This document shows, in pieces, positions 49,670-59,231 of a stretch of DNA of 64,000 bases. The position numbers and the translations under genes are program-made. Location of the stretch: assembly GCA_029856155.1 (NCBI GenBank), contig JAHQWL010000093.1, positions 1 through 64,000 of the forward strand, in the 5' to 3' direction. The DNA comes from Promethearchaeia archaeon. Its GTDB lineage: Archaea > Asgardarchaeota > Lokiarchaeia > Sigyniarchaeales > SOKP01. Position 1 is the stretch's first letter. Each line of letters opens with the position of its first letter. Under the pieces are notes generated by a model. It was not told the origin of the DNA, did not search any database, and worked only from the letters and a program-made list of their open reading frames with translations.

Positions 49670-50341
49670 TTAGAAATAACCCGAAATGCTAACTCCAACC
49701 ACTAGTAGTAGAAATCCTTGAATGAAACAAAAGATTGAAAAGATCACTGCTAAAGGAGGCCAGGAAATTGCTTTTGAAAGGGTCATGAATACTTTTACGT
49801 AGAATTTAGCTGTAAGAGCTACTATTGCAAATACTATTATGAATATAATTGCTAAAACTATCTTTGGGTTAACGAATACCGCAATAACATCTACTACTTG
49901 TTGGGGAATAGCTAAAGCTATAATAATTACCACCAAAGTAGCAGCTAATACTCCAATTAAACTCGCAAGTGGTAGATCGTTTGCCGGTTTTACAAATGTT
50001 ATAACTCCAAAAATAATCAAGAGTATTGAAGTAAAAAGATTTCTACTATTTTCAGATGTAGCAGCATAATGTTCACTAGGTGGAATATCAAACATCAATC
50101 CCGCAACTCCAGAAATTAAAGCTAATATCCCCACTATGAATCCTATGTAAGTTATCGCTTTCAAGAATTTTGTAACATCAAAATCCCAGTCTTCCACCTT
50201 TCTTTTCTTAAAGGAATGTCTCCTTTTAGTCTCATAAGCCGCATATATTAACCACATAATCCCCAGAATGAGCATAAACCAGCCACCGAGTTTTCCTAGT
50301 GGTTTTAAAATATGTTCTGTAAAATCAAATTGAAAAATCAA
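49670..50341 (-). CDS. Hypothetical multi-pass membrane protein
   Basis: About six hydrophobic segments; GTGA motif before a TTG start. Confidence 0.7.
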   Translation of the reverse strand: MIFQFDFTEHILKPLGKLGGWFMLILGIMWLIYAAYETKRRHSFKKRKVEDWDFDVTKFLKAITYIGFIVGILALISGVAGLMFDIPPSEHYAATSENSRNLFTSILLIIFGVITFVKPANDLPLASLIGVLAATLVVIIIALAIPQQVVDVIAVFVNPKIVLAIIFIIVFAIVALTAKFYVKVFMTLSKAISWPPLAVIFSIFCFIQGFLLLVVGVSISGYF

Positions 50342-50450
50342 TTATTTTCACTCTTAAATGTAAATTTAGATTTGTTATTATATTGTATATACAAACTTAA
50401 AAATATATTTCAAAGGGAGTCCAATAATTCAAAATTAGAATTTGAAAGGA

Positions 50451-52136
50451 TTAAGTTATAAAAGAAACTGTTTTTTTAATGTAATCCATATAAAACTCAA
50501 TTTCTTGATTTTTTTTATTTTCATCCCATGAGTATTCTTTTGCCATTAATTCAGCAACTTTACTTGCTGCTTCAAATGCTTTTTTATGATCAACCCATAG
50601 AGCCATTTCTGTTCGTCTACAAAATAAATCAATTAAATGAGGCGTCAATTCATACTGTAATGCATAAACTACCTCAGCTTTTATAAAATTATTTTCTTCG
50701 ATAATTTTATCTCCTAATGAGACATCTTCTTTAATTAATTCTAATACTTTTATAGCACCTTTCCCATACTGGTGATAAATATGATCTGCAATATCATCTT
50801 CTATTTCCAGTTCCGAATGTTTTAGTTCTTTCTCCCAGTCATCTTTTCCTAGTCCAATAATGAAGGGTTGTTTACTAAAATGTTTTTCTCTAGCAGCATT
50901 AAGAAATAAATTTTTATTTTTTATATGATTAAACACATCTTCAGCCATTGCTCTCCATTCAGTCAATTTTCCCCCCGTAATCGTAAGTAATCCATCTTCA
51001 GAGAAAAATATGATGTGATTACGTGAAACTTCACTCTCGGATTTCTCTTTTTGCATTACCAGTGGTCTTATTCCAGCATATGTTGATAATATATTTTCAT
51101 ATCCTATCTGAGCATTAGGAAAATAGTATTTTGCAGATTCAATCAAGTAATCAGCGTCTTCTTTATCACAATAAGGATTTGCTAAATCTCCTTTAAAATC
51201 CGTATCAGTTGTACCAATTATAGTAAATTCTTTATTTCTTGGTAAGACAAAGAATGCTCTACCATCCGTTTTTGAGATTACTATAGCAGCGTTTCGATTA
51301 TTAATGTGTTTTCTTCTATATTGAATGTGAACTCCTTTTGTTGGTCTAATTAATGGATTAGGTATATCCTCGGGGTAAATACCAATTAATTGATCAGTCC
51401 ATATTCCCGTAGCATTTACTACTAATTTAGCTTTAACTTCGAAATCAATTTCATTTTCTAAATCAGTACATTTTATTCCAATAATTGTTCCATTATCCTT
51501 TATATAACCATTTACTTTACAGTAATTTACAGCAACTGCCCCTCGTATAATAGCTTCCTTAATTATTTCTAAGGTTAGCCTTGCATCATCTAGATTTGTG
51601 TCATAATATACTGCTCCACCTAAATTGCCCTCTCTAATATATTCTGGTTCTAATTCAAATATCTCTTCAGGTGAAACCATCCGAGATTTCTTATAATTTT
51701 TAAATTCTGAATCTTTATCACTTAAAAAGTCATAAACTTTCGTTGCACCTTTAATATCACGCTTTTTATATTTCCCTCCTTCTAACTCAACAAATAGGAA
51801 AGGAATTGGTCGTATAAGATGAGGTATATGAGCTCTCATCCAATTTCTTTCGTGTAAAGCCTCCTTTACCAAATCCAAATCTCCATGAGCAATGTATCTA
51901 ATACCTCCATGGCCAAGTTTCGAACTTCTTGAAGATGTTCCCGCAGCAAAGTCTTGCATATCAATACAAGCAACCTTTAATCCTCTCATTGAGGCTTCTC
52001 TTGCTATTCCTGCTCCTGTAATTCCCGCTCCTATAATTACAATATCATAACTAGTTTCTTGTAATTTTTTTATAATTTTATCTCTGTTCTTATAATTCCA
52101 AGTGTGATCAAATAATTTCTTTTCTAAATCTTCCAT
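50451..52136 (-). CDS. glpD: FAD-dependent glycerol-3-phosphate dehydrogenase/oxidase
   Basis: IGAGITGAG, DFAAGTSSRSSKLGHGGIRY, DDARL, IGTTD, AGIRPL, GGKLTEWRAMAE, RRT. Confidence 0.9.
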   Translation of the reverse strand: MEDLEKKLFDHTWNYKNRDKIIKKLQETSYDIVIIGAGITGAGIAREASMRGLKVACIDMQDFAAGTSSRSSKLGHGGIRYIAHGDLDLVKEALHERNWMRAHIPHLIRPIPFLFVELEGGKYKKRDIKGATKVYDFLSDKDSEFKNYKKSRMVSPEEIFELEPEYIREGNLGGAVYYDTNLDDARLTLEIIKEAIIRGAVAVNYCKVNGYIKDNGTIIGIKCTDLENEIDFEVKAKLVVNATGIWTDQLIGIYPEDIPNPLIRPTKGVHIQYRRKHINNRNAAIVISKTDGRAFFVLPRNKEFTIIGTTDTDFKGDLANPYCDKEDADYLIESAKYYFPNAQIGYENILSTYAGIRPLVMQKEKSESEVSRNHIIFFSEDGLLTITGGKLTEWRAMAEDVFNHIKNKNLFLNAAREKHFSKQPFIIGLGKDDWEKELKHSELEIEDDIADHIYHQYGKGAIKVLELIKEDVSLGDKIIEENNFIKAEVVYALQYELTPHLIDLFCRRTEMALWVDHKKAFEAASKVAELMAKEYSWDENKKNQEIEFYMDYIKKTVSFIT

Positions 52137-52342
52137 CTATATCAGTTTGAAGAATTATCAAATCTAAATTAATTTTTCTTGATATGATCATTTTACTAAA
52201 ATTTTTATTATAACTTTTTTTTGAAAATTTAATTATTCATATGAATAATACATATTTTTGCGAAATGTAAAGATTTAAAATAAGAAATTAAGTTCTTATA
52301 TAAGTACAGCTAATTTTTGATTTAAAAAAAGGATATTATAAT

Positions 52343-52723
52343 ATGTCAAAATCTGGAAAAAAAAAAATCTTAATTGTAGATGATGCGCAGTTTATAAGAA
52401 ATCGGATTAAAAAAGTAATAGAAACAATGGAGTTTGCTGAAGTTGCTGGTGAAGCTTCAAATGGCGATGATGCGATATCTCTTTACAAAGAATTAAAGCC
52501 AGATTTGGTAACGATGGATCTGGTAATGCCCAATACTGATGGCATTAAAGCTATTGAAGAAATTATGAAATTTGATAAAAAAGCAAAAATTGTTGTAGTA
52601 TCTGCAATGGGCCAGGAGCTAAGCATTCTTGAAGCGACTGAAAAAGGAGCTAAGGATTACATAAAAAAACCTTTTAAAGAAGAAGATATCTACAGAACTA
52701 TTGAAAAATTTTTAAAAGCTTAG
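52343..52723 (+). CDS. Single-domain CheY-like response regulator
   Basis: IVDD, DLVTMDLVMP (phospho-Asp), SAMGQ, KPF. Confidence 0.92.
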   Translation: MSKSGKKKILIVDDAQFIRNRIKKVIETMEFAEVAGEASNGDDAISLYKELKPDLVTMDLVMPNTDGIKAIEEIMKFDKKAKIVVVSAMGQELSILEATEKGAKDYIKKPFKEEDIYRTIEKFLKA

Positions 52724-52750
52724 ACTAAAAATTGATTTCAAATTTTACTT

Positions 52751-53722
52751 TTAAAAATCTTTTAAAAGAGTGTTAAGAATTAAAGGCATAGAATAAATAT
52801 CATAATAATTATGTTCAATTATTTCCTTTATTAATCCAATATATCTTTCAGAATTTTCCTTATATTTTCGATAGCATAGACCAACAAGATTACTTGGTAA
52901 TGTATTATCTCTTGTCCATCTCAATAGTTTTTCTTCCATATTCGTTAAGGAAAATTTATCATATTGTCCTTTGTATAAGCGACGACAATGATGATAGAGA
53001 TCTATATGATGGAATTTCGTATTATTTTTTTCATATGGGGAATCTTCTTCAGAGATCATAGGATTTTCATCAAAAAAATATAAAAATCGATTTGATAAAT
53101 ATGGTATATCAAAGGTTTTTCCATTATAAGTAATGAAACATTTAAAATTCGGAAGTATTTTAGTTTTCAGATGTTCATAAATTGCTATTTCTTCTTCAAG
53201 TTCTCTTGCGAAAAAGAGATGGATTTTAAAGTTGCCATTTTTAAAGAAGCCAATCCCGATTAGGATAACAGGGCTATCAATTATCCCTAAGGTCTCAATA
53301 TCTAAAAACAAGAAATCTTCAATTTTAAAGCAAAAACTTACATCCAAATCATTAATATATCGATTCTTTGTTAGAGTTTTATAATCCTTATTTTTAATTA
53401 AGCTAATAATTTCATTAGCAGTTGCACTAAAATTTAAATTATATTTTAAATCTATTAGAGTTTTAATCCCTCTTCGATTTAATTTTTTTTCGATTAACTC
53501 TCCAATATAACTTACAGTTTTAAGGTTATATAACAATTTTTTCTGTGTTTTTAATAAATTAATTTCATTTGGTATATCTCTTTCCTCCCAAAATAATTCG
53601 ATGAACTCACCCATATCATTTTTAATAACACGATTATTTTGGTATAAATCTTCTAGTCGTTTACCACGATACTGTTCCACTAATGGTGTAATATCAAAAC
53701 GTTCGAATTTGTAGTAATCCAT
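52751..53722 (-). CDS. YprB/RNase_H_2-like exonuclease with N-terminal HhH-like motif
   Basis: FLDIETLG, TYNGKTFDIPY, HIDL, HNYYD. Confidence 0.85.
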   Translation of the reverse strand: MDYYKFERFDITPLVEQYRGKRLEDLYQNNRVIKNDMGEFIELFWEERDIPNEINLLKTQKKLLYNLKTVSYIGELIEKKLNRRGIKTLIDLKYNLNFSATANEIISLIKNKDYKTLTKNRYINDLDVSFCFKIEDFLFLDIETLGIIDSPVILIGIGFFKNGNFKIHLFFARELEEEIAIYEHLKTKILPNFKCFITYNGKTFDIPYLSNRFLYFFDENPMISEEDSPYEKNNTKFHHIDLYHHCRRLYKGQYDKFSLTNMEEKLLRWTRDNTLPSNLVGLCYRKYKENSERYIGLIKEIIEHNYYDIYSMPLILNTLLKDF

Positions 53723-53803
53723 TGTCTATAGTAAATCTAGCTATTTTATTTAATAATGTATTCTCTTAAGATTTATAATAAAAATGATAGTGTGGAGAAA
53801 ATT

Positions 53804-54445
53804 TTATTCAAATTTAAAAATATAAGTATTCATATTTTCTTTTCCCCAAGTTTCAGATGTAATGATTTCTTTCTCAAATTTAAGAAGTTTCAGACCTAAA
53901 GGAGAGAAAATATTCAGAATTTCTTCTTTAGAATATGGTCTGGAATACATATTTTCGCCTTTAAACTTAATGATCACATCATTATCTAGGTCAGCACCGT
54001 CTATCCATGGTCCGTTTAAGCAGAGATAGAAAAATGCTCCCTTTTTTAATGATTGAACAATTCTTTTTGCTGTTTCTTTGAATAATTGCGGATTAAGATG
54101 GAGCAGGGAGTACGAAGAGAAAATTCCATCGAATTCTTCGTTATAATTTAGATCTGTCATCGAAATATCTTTAAAATTAGCTTCAGGAACATTTTTTTGT
54201 GCTATTTTAATCATCTCTGAAGATAAATCAATACCTAATACATTGAATCCTTTCTCAATTAATAATTTAGAATATGGTAATCCTGTACCTGAACCCAAAT
54301 CTAAAATATACCCTTCTTTAGGAAGGAGTTCACAAAAATAGTTAAAAAGTGCATGAATTTCTTCATGGAATTCTTTGTTGTAGGTTTTAGCAACGTTATC
54401 CCAGGCTTTTTTATTAAGCTTTATGATATCCAATTTATCTTTCAA
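53804..54445 (-). CDS. Class I SAM-dependent methyltransferase
   Basis: ILDLGSGTG, GIDLSSEMI, FDGIFSSYSLLH. Confidence 0.9.
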   Translation of the reverse strand: MKDKLDIIKLNKKAWDNVAKTYNKEFHEEIHALFNYFCELLPKEGYILDLGSGTGLPYSKLLIEKGFNVLGIDLSSEMIKIAQKNVPEANFKDISMTDLNYNEEFDGIFSSYSLLHLNPQLFKETAKRIVQSLKKGAFFYLCLNGPWIDGADLDNDVIIKFKGENMYSRPYSKEEILNIFSPLGLKLLKFEKEIITSETWGKENMNTYIFKFE

Positions 54446-54495
54446 GGTGATCAGGTTAATTTTATGTTAAAATAAAAGGAATGTCAGTTGTTTCT

Positions 54496-55788
54496 TTATT
54501 TTATAGTCTTAAAAAATCTTCTAGATTCAGCATCTCCTAGCACGTAATGGCTTCCACCACCATGAACCATACAGTATGCGTCAAGAAGTCCCATTTGATT
54601 GCAGTATTGCTCTGTGAAACCACGTCCTCCCATAGTTCTAAATAAATCAATGGAACTCTGAAATGCCAATTCACAAGTTTGAATTTTTAATCCCATTACC
54701 TGAGAAGCCATTATTTTAGAACTAGCTATTTGTGTTCGACTATCAATCTCCCGAGCGTAATTTATTAAAGCTGAAATGAATAAATTTGTTTGACGCATAT
54801 TTTCAGCAATTGGAAATCTTATAATCTGATATTCATGTAATTTATGCTTGAATTGTTCGCGTTGAAGGGCAAAACTATGGGAGAAGAATAGTTTTTTAAT
54901 GCAATCACCTATAGCTTCTGCACTGATAACTAATCTCTCTTCAGTTAATTGATGAAACATAATATCTAGACCATCCCCTTCGAGAAGATTTTCTTTTGGA
55001 ATTTCAACATCATTAAAGACTAATCGACTTACAAAAGCATCTCTCATTCCATACATTCTTGCTCTTGAAGATTCAAAATTATTCAAGTGTTGATGTTCTG
55101 TATCTACTATTATACCACCTAATCTTCCGCTATTTAACCTGCCATAAACAATAATATTATCTGCTAACATGCCATTAACAATAAAAAGTTTTTTTCCCTT
55201 TGCAATTACTTTATCTCCTTTATCATCGAGTTTTAATTCAATTCTTACAATATCACTACCAGCATTAAATTCTGTCATAGCAGAAGCGGCCATCAAACCA
55301 TATTTTACTACAGGGATAAGGTATTTCTCTCTTTGAAAATCATTGGCTTTATAATTCACTGGATTGCAATAAAGCGTTCCTCCTGCTAATCTGCCCATTT
55401 CAATACTCCAATTCCCACTGACATATCTATCACTATTTGAAGACCAAAAACCTCCACATAAGGCTAATGCAATAAGAGCGTTTCGTGTAACATTTCCAAC
55501 TTCATGTTCTTCCAAATCTATTACAGTGCTATAGTAGCCTTTTTCAGCCAATTTTTTCATAAAATTAGATACTATTTCACGTTTCTTTTCTTGAATTGGT
55601 TCCTCAGCCGAATAATTTAACTCTTCTAAGGTTTTCAAATGTTTTTCAAGATTTTCTTCTATATATTCAAAAAATTCAGCTAAAAATTCCTTTTCTTTTA
55701 CATTGAGTATTGGGTTATTTAATAAATCCAATTCAGGAATATTTCGACTTATTTCTATTTTTGGTAATTCCGGGAGTCTTGTATCCAT
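54496..55788 (-). CDS. Acyl-CoA dehydrogenase
   Basis: AMTEFNAGSD, GKKLFIVNG, LTEERL, REQF, MGGRGF. Confidence 0.88.
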   Translation of the reverse strand: MDTRLPELPKIEISRNIPELDLLNNPILNVKEKEFLAEFFEYIEENLEKHLKTLEELNYSAEEPIQEKKREIVSNFMKKLAEKGYYSTVIDLEEHEVGNVTRNALIALALCGGFWSSNSDRYVSGNWSIEMGRLAGGTLYCNPVNYKANDFQREKYLIPVVKYGLMAASAMTEFNAGSDIVRIELKLDDKGDKVIAKGKKLFIVNGMLADNIIVYGRLNSGRLGGIIVDTEHQHLNNFESSRARMYGMRDAFVSRLVFNDVEIPKENLLEGDGLDIMFHQLTEERLVISAEAIGDCIKKLFFSHSFALQREQFKHKLHEYQIIRFPIAENMRQTNLFISALINYAREIDSRTQIASSKIMASQVMGLKIQTCELAFQSSIDLFRTMGGRGFTEQYCNQMGLLDAYCMVHGGGSHYVLGDAESRRFFKTIK

Positions 55789-55980
55789 AATATATAAGAC
55801 AATTTTCTTATGATTTTAAATTTTCTTCTCCATCAAATAGGATTTTATTCCCATCAATGTAAGTAAGTCTATTAGTAATCTTTTAATCAAAACAAAACAT
55901 AACAATAAAATATTAAATCTATTTGAAAATAAGATTTTTAAAAATTAAATTGATATATAATACCTAAAAGTGAAGATATA

Positions 55981-57402
55981 ATGATTAAATTTAGTGATAA
56001 ACAATTAAAAATACCTAAATTACTGCGACCAGTCTACTTAGCTACAGTTGGAATGTCAAAATTCGATCGTGCTTTTCCTGAAACGAGGACGGAAGAATTA
56101 TGTATTCAAGCTTTAACAGCTGCTTCAGATTTTGTTAATATGACGCCAGCAGAATTAAAAAGTTTCATTCATACTGCTTATTATGGTCATTTTGCCGATC
56201 ATTTTGGTGATCAATTACTTGGAGAGGCTGTGATTCATGATAGACTCGGACTTGATCCTTTAGGAACTATTGGTATCAAGACGGGGGGCGCAACAGGTGG
56301 ATCAACAATGTGGGAAGCAATTAAAGCCGTTGCTTCAGGATATAGTGATTGTGCTTTAGCCTTAGGATGGGAGCGAATGGATGAAGTGCCTACTGATGAA
56401 GGTAATCATCTTATATCATGTGCTGCAGATAAAGATTGGGAAACTCCCCTGGGACATATATATACTGGTTATTATGCTGTTATGGCTCAAAGATATTGGC
56501 AAATTTTTGGGAAAGCTGAAGATTCTTTTAGGAAAACAATGGCAGAAATTGCTGTTAAAAACCGAGGCTATGCCAGAATGAATCCTCATGCCCATGGCCC
56601 CATGGAGATCACTGTGGAGGATGTAATTAACTCTCCTGTTATAGCATATCCTCTTCGCGTTTTAGATTGTTGTTTGATGAGCGTGGGCGCAGCATGTGGA
56701 ATTGTATGTGATGAAAAAACAGCCTATGAAATAACGGACAACCCACTTCGGATCTGGATAGGTGCGGGGAGCCATACACTCAGAGTTGCGGATCGTCGTG
56801 ATATGAAGATCCCACTTTTACCAAATGAGGAATCAGGGCAATATGATGATTTAGGTAAAAAATTTCCAGGAGGAGATAGATATCCCGGATTTAGCAGCTT
56901 CTTAGCTGCTCGAATTGCTGCGTATTATGCGTATAATATGACGGGTGTTGTAGACCCCAGCGAAGATTTAGATGTTGTAGAGCTTCATGATGCTTTTACA
57001 ATTAGTGATATTCAAACCTACGAAGATATTGGAATTCGACCGTATGGGGAAGGCAGGGATTATATTGAGTCTGGAGATGCGTATGTGATTAATCCAAATA
57101 CCAATAAACCTGGAAAATTACCTAGCAATCCCTGTGGTGGCTTAATAGGGTGTATGCATGCAGTAGGAGCTACAGGATTAATGCAAATTGCGGAGATAGC
57201 TTACCATATTTGGAACAGATGGGATGAAATCCATGAACCTGAGGAAAAGTGGAAAGAATTTAGTCGAGAAAAACCAAAAGATTGGACTAGCTTACAGGTC
57301 AAAGGAGCTAAACGAGGGTTAGCCATCAGTCATGCGGGCGTCGGCTCTCATGTAACTTGTACAATAATAATGCATCCAAATCATTTAATAAAGGAGGATT
57401 AA
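55981..57402 (+). CDS. Thiolase-fold (SCPx-type) protein lacking the nucleophilic Cys
   Basis: GIKTGGATGG at the usual xACxSG position, AVKNR, ELHDAF, NPCGG, HAVGATG. Confidence 0.85.
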   Translation: MIKFSDKQLKIPKLLRPVYLATVGMSKFDRAFPETRTEELCIQALTAASDFVNMTPAELKSFIHTAYYGHFADHFGDQLLGEAVIHDRLGLDPLGTIGIKTGGATGGSTMWEAIKAVASGYSDCALALGWERMDEVPTDEGNHLISCAADKDWETPLGHIYTGYYAVMAQRYWQIFGKAEDSFRKTMAEIAVKNRGYARMNPHAHGPMEITVEDVINSPVIAYPLRVLDCCLMSVGAACGIVCDEKTAYEITDNPLRIWIGAGSHTLRVADRRDMKIPLLPNEESGQYDDLGKKFPGGDRYPGFSSFLAARIAAYYAYNMTGVVDPSEDLDVVELHDAFTISDIQTYEDIGIRPYGEGRDYIESGDAYVINPNTNKPGKLPSNPCGGLIGCMHAVGATGLMQIAEIAYHIWNRWDEIHEPEEKWKEFSREKPKDWTSLQVKGAKRGLAISHAGVGSHVTCTIIMHPNHLIKED

Positions 57403-57406
57403 AAAA

Positions 57407-58009
57407 ATGCCAAAAACAGAAGATGAAAAAGGCTTTGTAGATATAGTAAATGGAAGGTATAAAGTGAGAGGTAAATTTCACATCATTGAAAGAAATCAAC
57501 CTATCTTTAATAAGGATACAGGAAAATTAGCAGGTGTCACTAATCCCAGAGATATGACATATATACACTCATATGGAGGAGAAGGTATATTTTTCGAATC
57601 TCTTGGCAAAGGAAAACTAATGGCTACAAGATGTGATAACGATAAATGTGAAACAAAAGGTTCTATTTATGAACCATTTCGAATCTATTGCCCAGATTGC
57701 TTAAGAAAAAATACTGTTGTAGATATTACTGAAAAAGCTCAAAAAACAGCAAAAATACACTCTTTTATTATTACTCATCGTTCTGGAGCTTTTAATACGC
57801 TTCCAAAACCAATCAAGTTCATAAACATTGAATTTGATGAAGAAGTAGTCACTATTCTTATGAGCGTGTTAGTTGTCGGAGAACCAGAAATAGGAAAAAG
57901 AGTTATACCAATCTTTCGTACCAAGGATCCAACCTATACCATTATGGATTTAATGTTTGTTGTTGAAGGTACAAAAGCGTCAGAACTTCCAGAGGGCTTT
58001 ACATTTTAA
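57407..58009 (+). CDS. DUF35 zinc-ribbon/OB-fold protein
   Basis: FFESL..GKLMATRC...C...YCPDC, IGKRVIPIF; 4 bp after the thiolase-fold gene. Confidence 0.82.
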   Translation: MPKTEDEKGFVDIVNGRYKVRGKFHIIERNQPIFNKDTGKLAGVTNPRDMTYIHSYGGEGIFFESLGKGKLMATRCDNDKCETKGSIYEPFRIYCPDCLRKNTVVDITEKAQKTAKIHSFIITHRSGAFNTLPKPIKFINIEFDEEVVTILMSVLVVGEPEIGKRVIPIFRTKDPTYTIMDLMFVVEGTKASELPEGFTF

Positions 58010-58110
58010 TCCTATTTTAAAATTATTTTTTTTATTCTTATTATTAATAATTTCAAATTTAAAATTAAAAAGATAAAAAAAATTATAAAATAAAATATTG
58101 AGGAGTCTAT

Positions 58111-59004
58111 TTACTGCTGATATAAATTAAAAATTACTCTGGCCTCATCAGGAGTCGCAGGCTCACGATTTACAATTCTAGCAACTTTAACTGCCCATTC
58201 TACCTGTTCCCAACTTCCTTTGGCTAACCTACCATCAGGCATGCGAATATTATCTTCTAATCCAACCCTAATATGTCCTCCCATAGGTGCTGCACACATT
58301 GCTGCTTGGAATTGTTGTTTTGATACACCACAAACACTCCAACTAGCATCTGGTGGTTTTAGATTCATGAAATGAGCTAAATTTTCATAGGAGAATGGAA
58401 CCCCACCCAAAACTCCGAATACAAATTGAAAGTGAAGAGGAAAATCAAGAATCCGTTTAGGTTCTTGTTTTGCAAGATGAAGCATGTTGTACATACCACC
58501 AAAATCATAAATCTCAATTTCAGGTTTAACTTGTGCCTTTTTCATAGCTTTAGCAAATTTTTGAATGGTGTCAAAATCATTTGCAAAAATAAATTTAGCA
58601 CCGAGTCCGACTTGTCCAGTTTTATGGTCACCTACAGCAAAATTCATTGAGTTAGAATTTAATGAAGCTATTGGAGGTTTAAATGTCACAACAGGAGTGA
58701 TCCTGTCTTTAGGAGTTACAATTGTACTAATGGCCGTACTTAGATTAATTAAAATATCAGGAGCTTTTTCTTTGATATTATCAATTGCAGCTTTGATTAT
58801 ATCTAAATCTGCTACTGGATTACCTTTTTCTGGATGTCTAACATGAATATGGACTATTGCTGCTCCTGCTTCATAACATTTTTTTGCTTCATCGCCAAAC
58901 TCATCAGCAGTATAGGGAACTGCGGGATTCTGGTTTTTATTTGTTGCGGCACCTGTAAGAGCAGCACTTATTACTAACTTATCTGATAAATCTTCTTCTG
59001 AAAT
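58111..59004 (-). CDS. Beta-keto acid cleavage enzyme (BKACE/DUF849, Kce-like)
   Basis: AALTGA, NPAVPYT, GAAIVHIHVR, KPEIEIYD, GGHIRVGLEDN; start either GTG 59013 or ATT 59004. Confidence 0.92.
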   Translation of the reverse strand: MSEEDLSDKLVISAALTGAATNKNQNPAVPYTADEFGDEAKKCYEAGAAIVHIHVRHPEKGNPVADLDIIKAAIDNIKEKAPDILINLSTAISTIVTPKDRITPVVTFKPPIASLNSNSMNFAVGDHKTGQVGLGAKFIFANDFDTIQKFAKAMKKAQVKPEIEIYDFGGMYNMLHLAKQEPKRILDFPLHFQFVFGVLGGVPFSYENLAHFMNLKPPDASWSVCGVSKQQFQAAMCAAPMGGHIRVGLEDNIRMPDGRLAKGSWEQVEWAVKVARIVNREPATPDEARVIFNLYQQ

Positions 59005-59231
59005 TATTATCACTTTTTAAAATTTCTTTTATAGTTTTTAAACTTAGATTACTATTGAAAATAGATATCATTCAAATTAATATGTTTTATCTTCATATTA
59101 AAATTTATTTAGAAATGTTAAATAAATCCTCAATGAAATTCGATAAATATTGTAAAATTTATAAAAGAAAAAATATATTTTTGCTTGTTTAAATCAATAA
59201 TTACTTGTTTTACAAAAATGAGGAAATAAAT

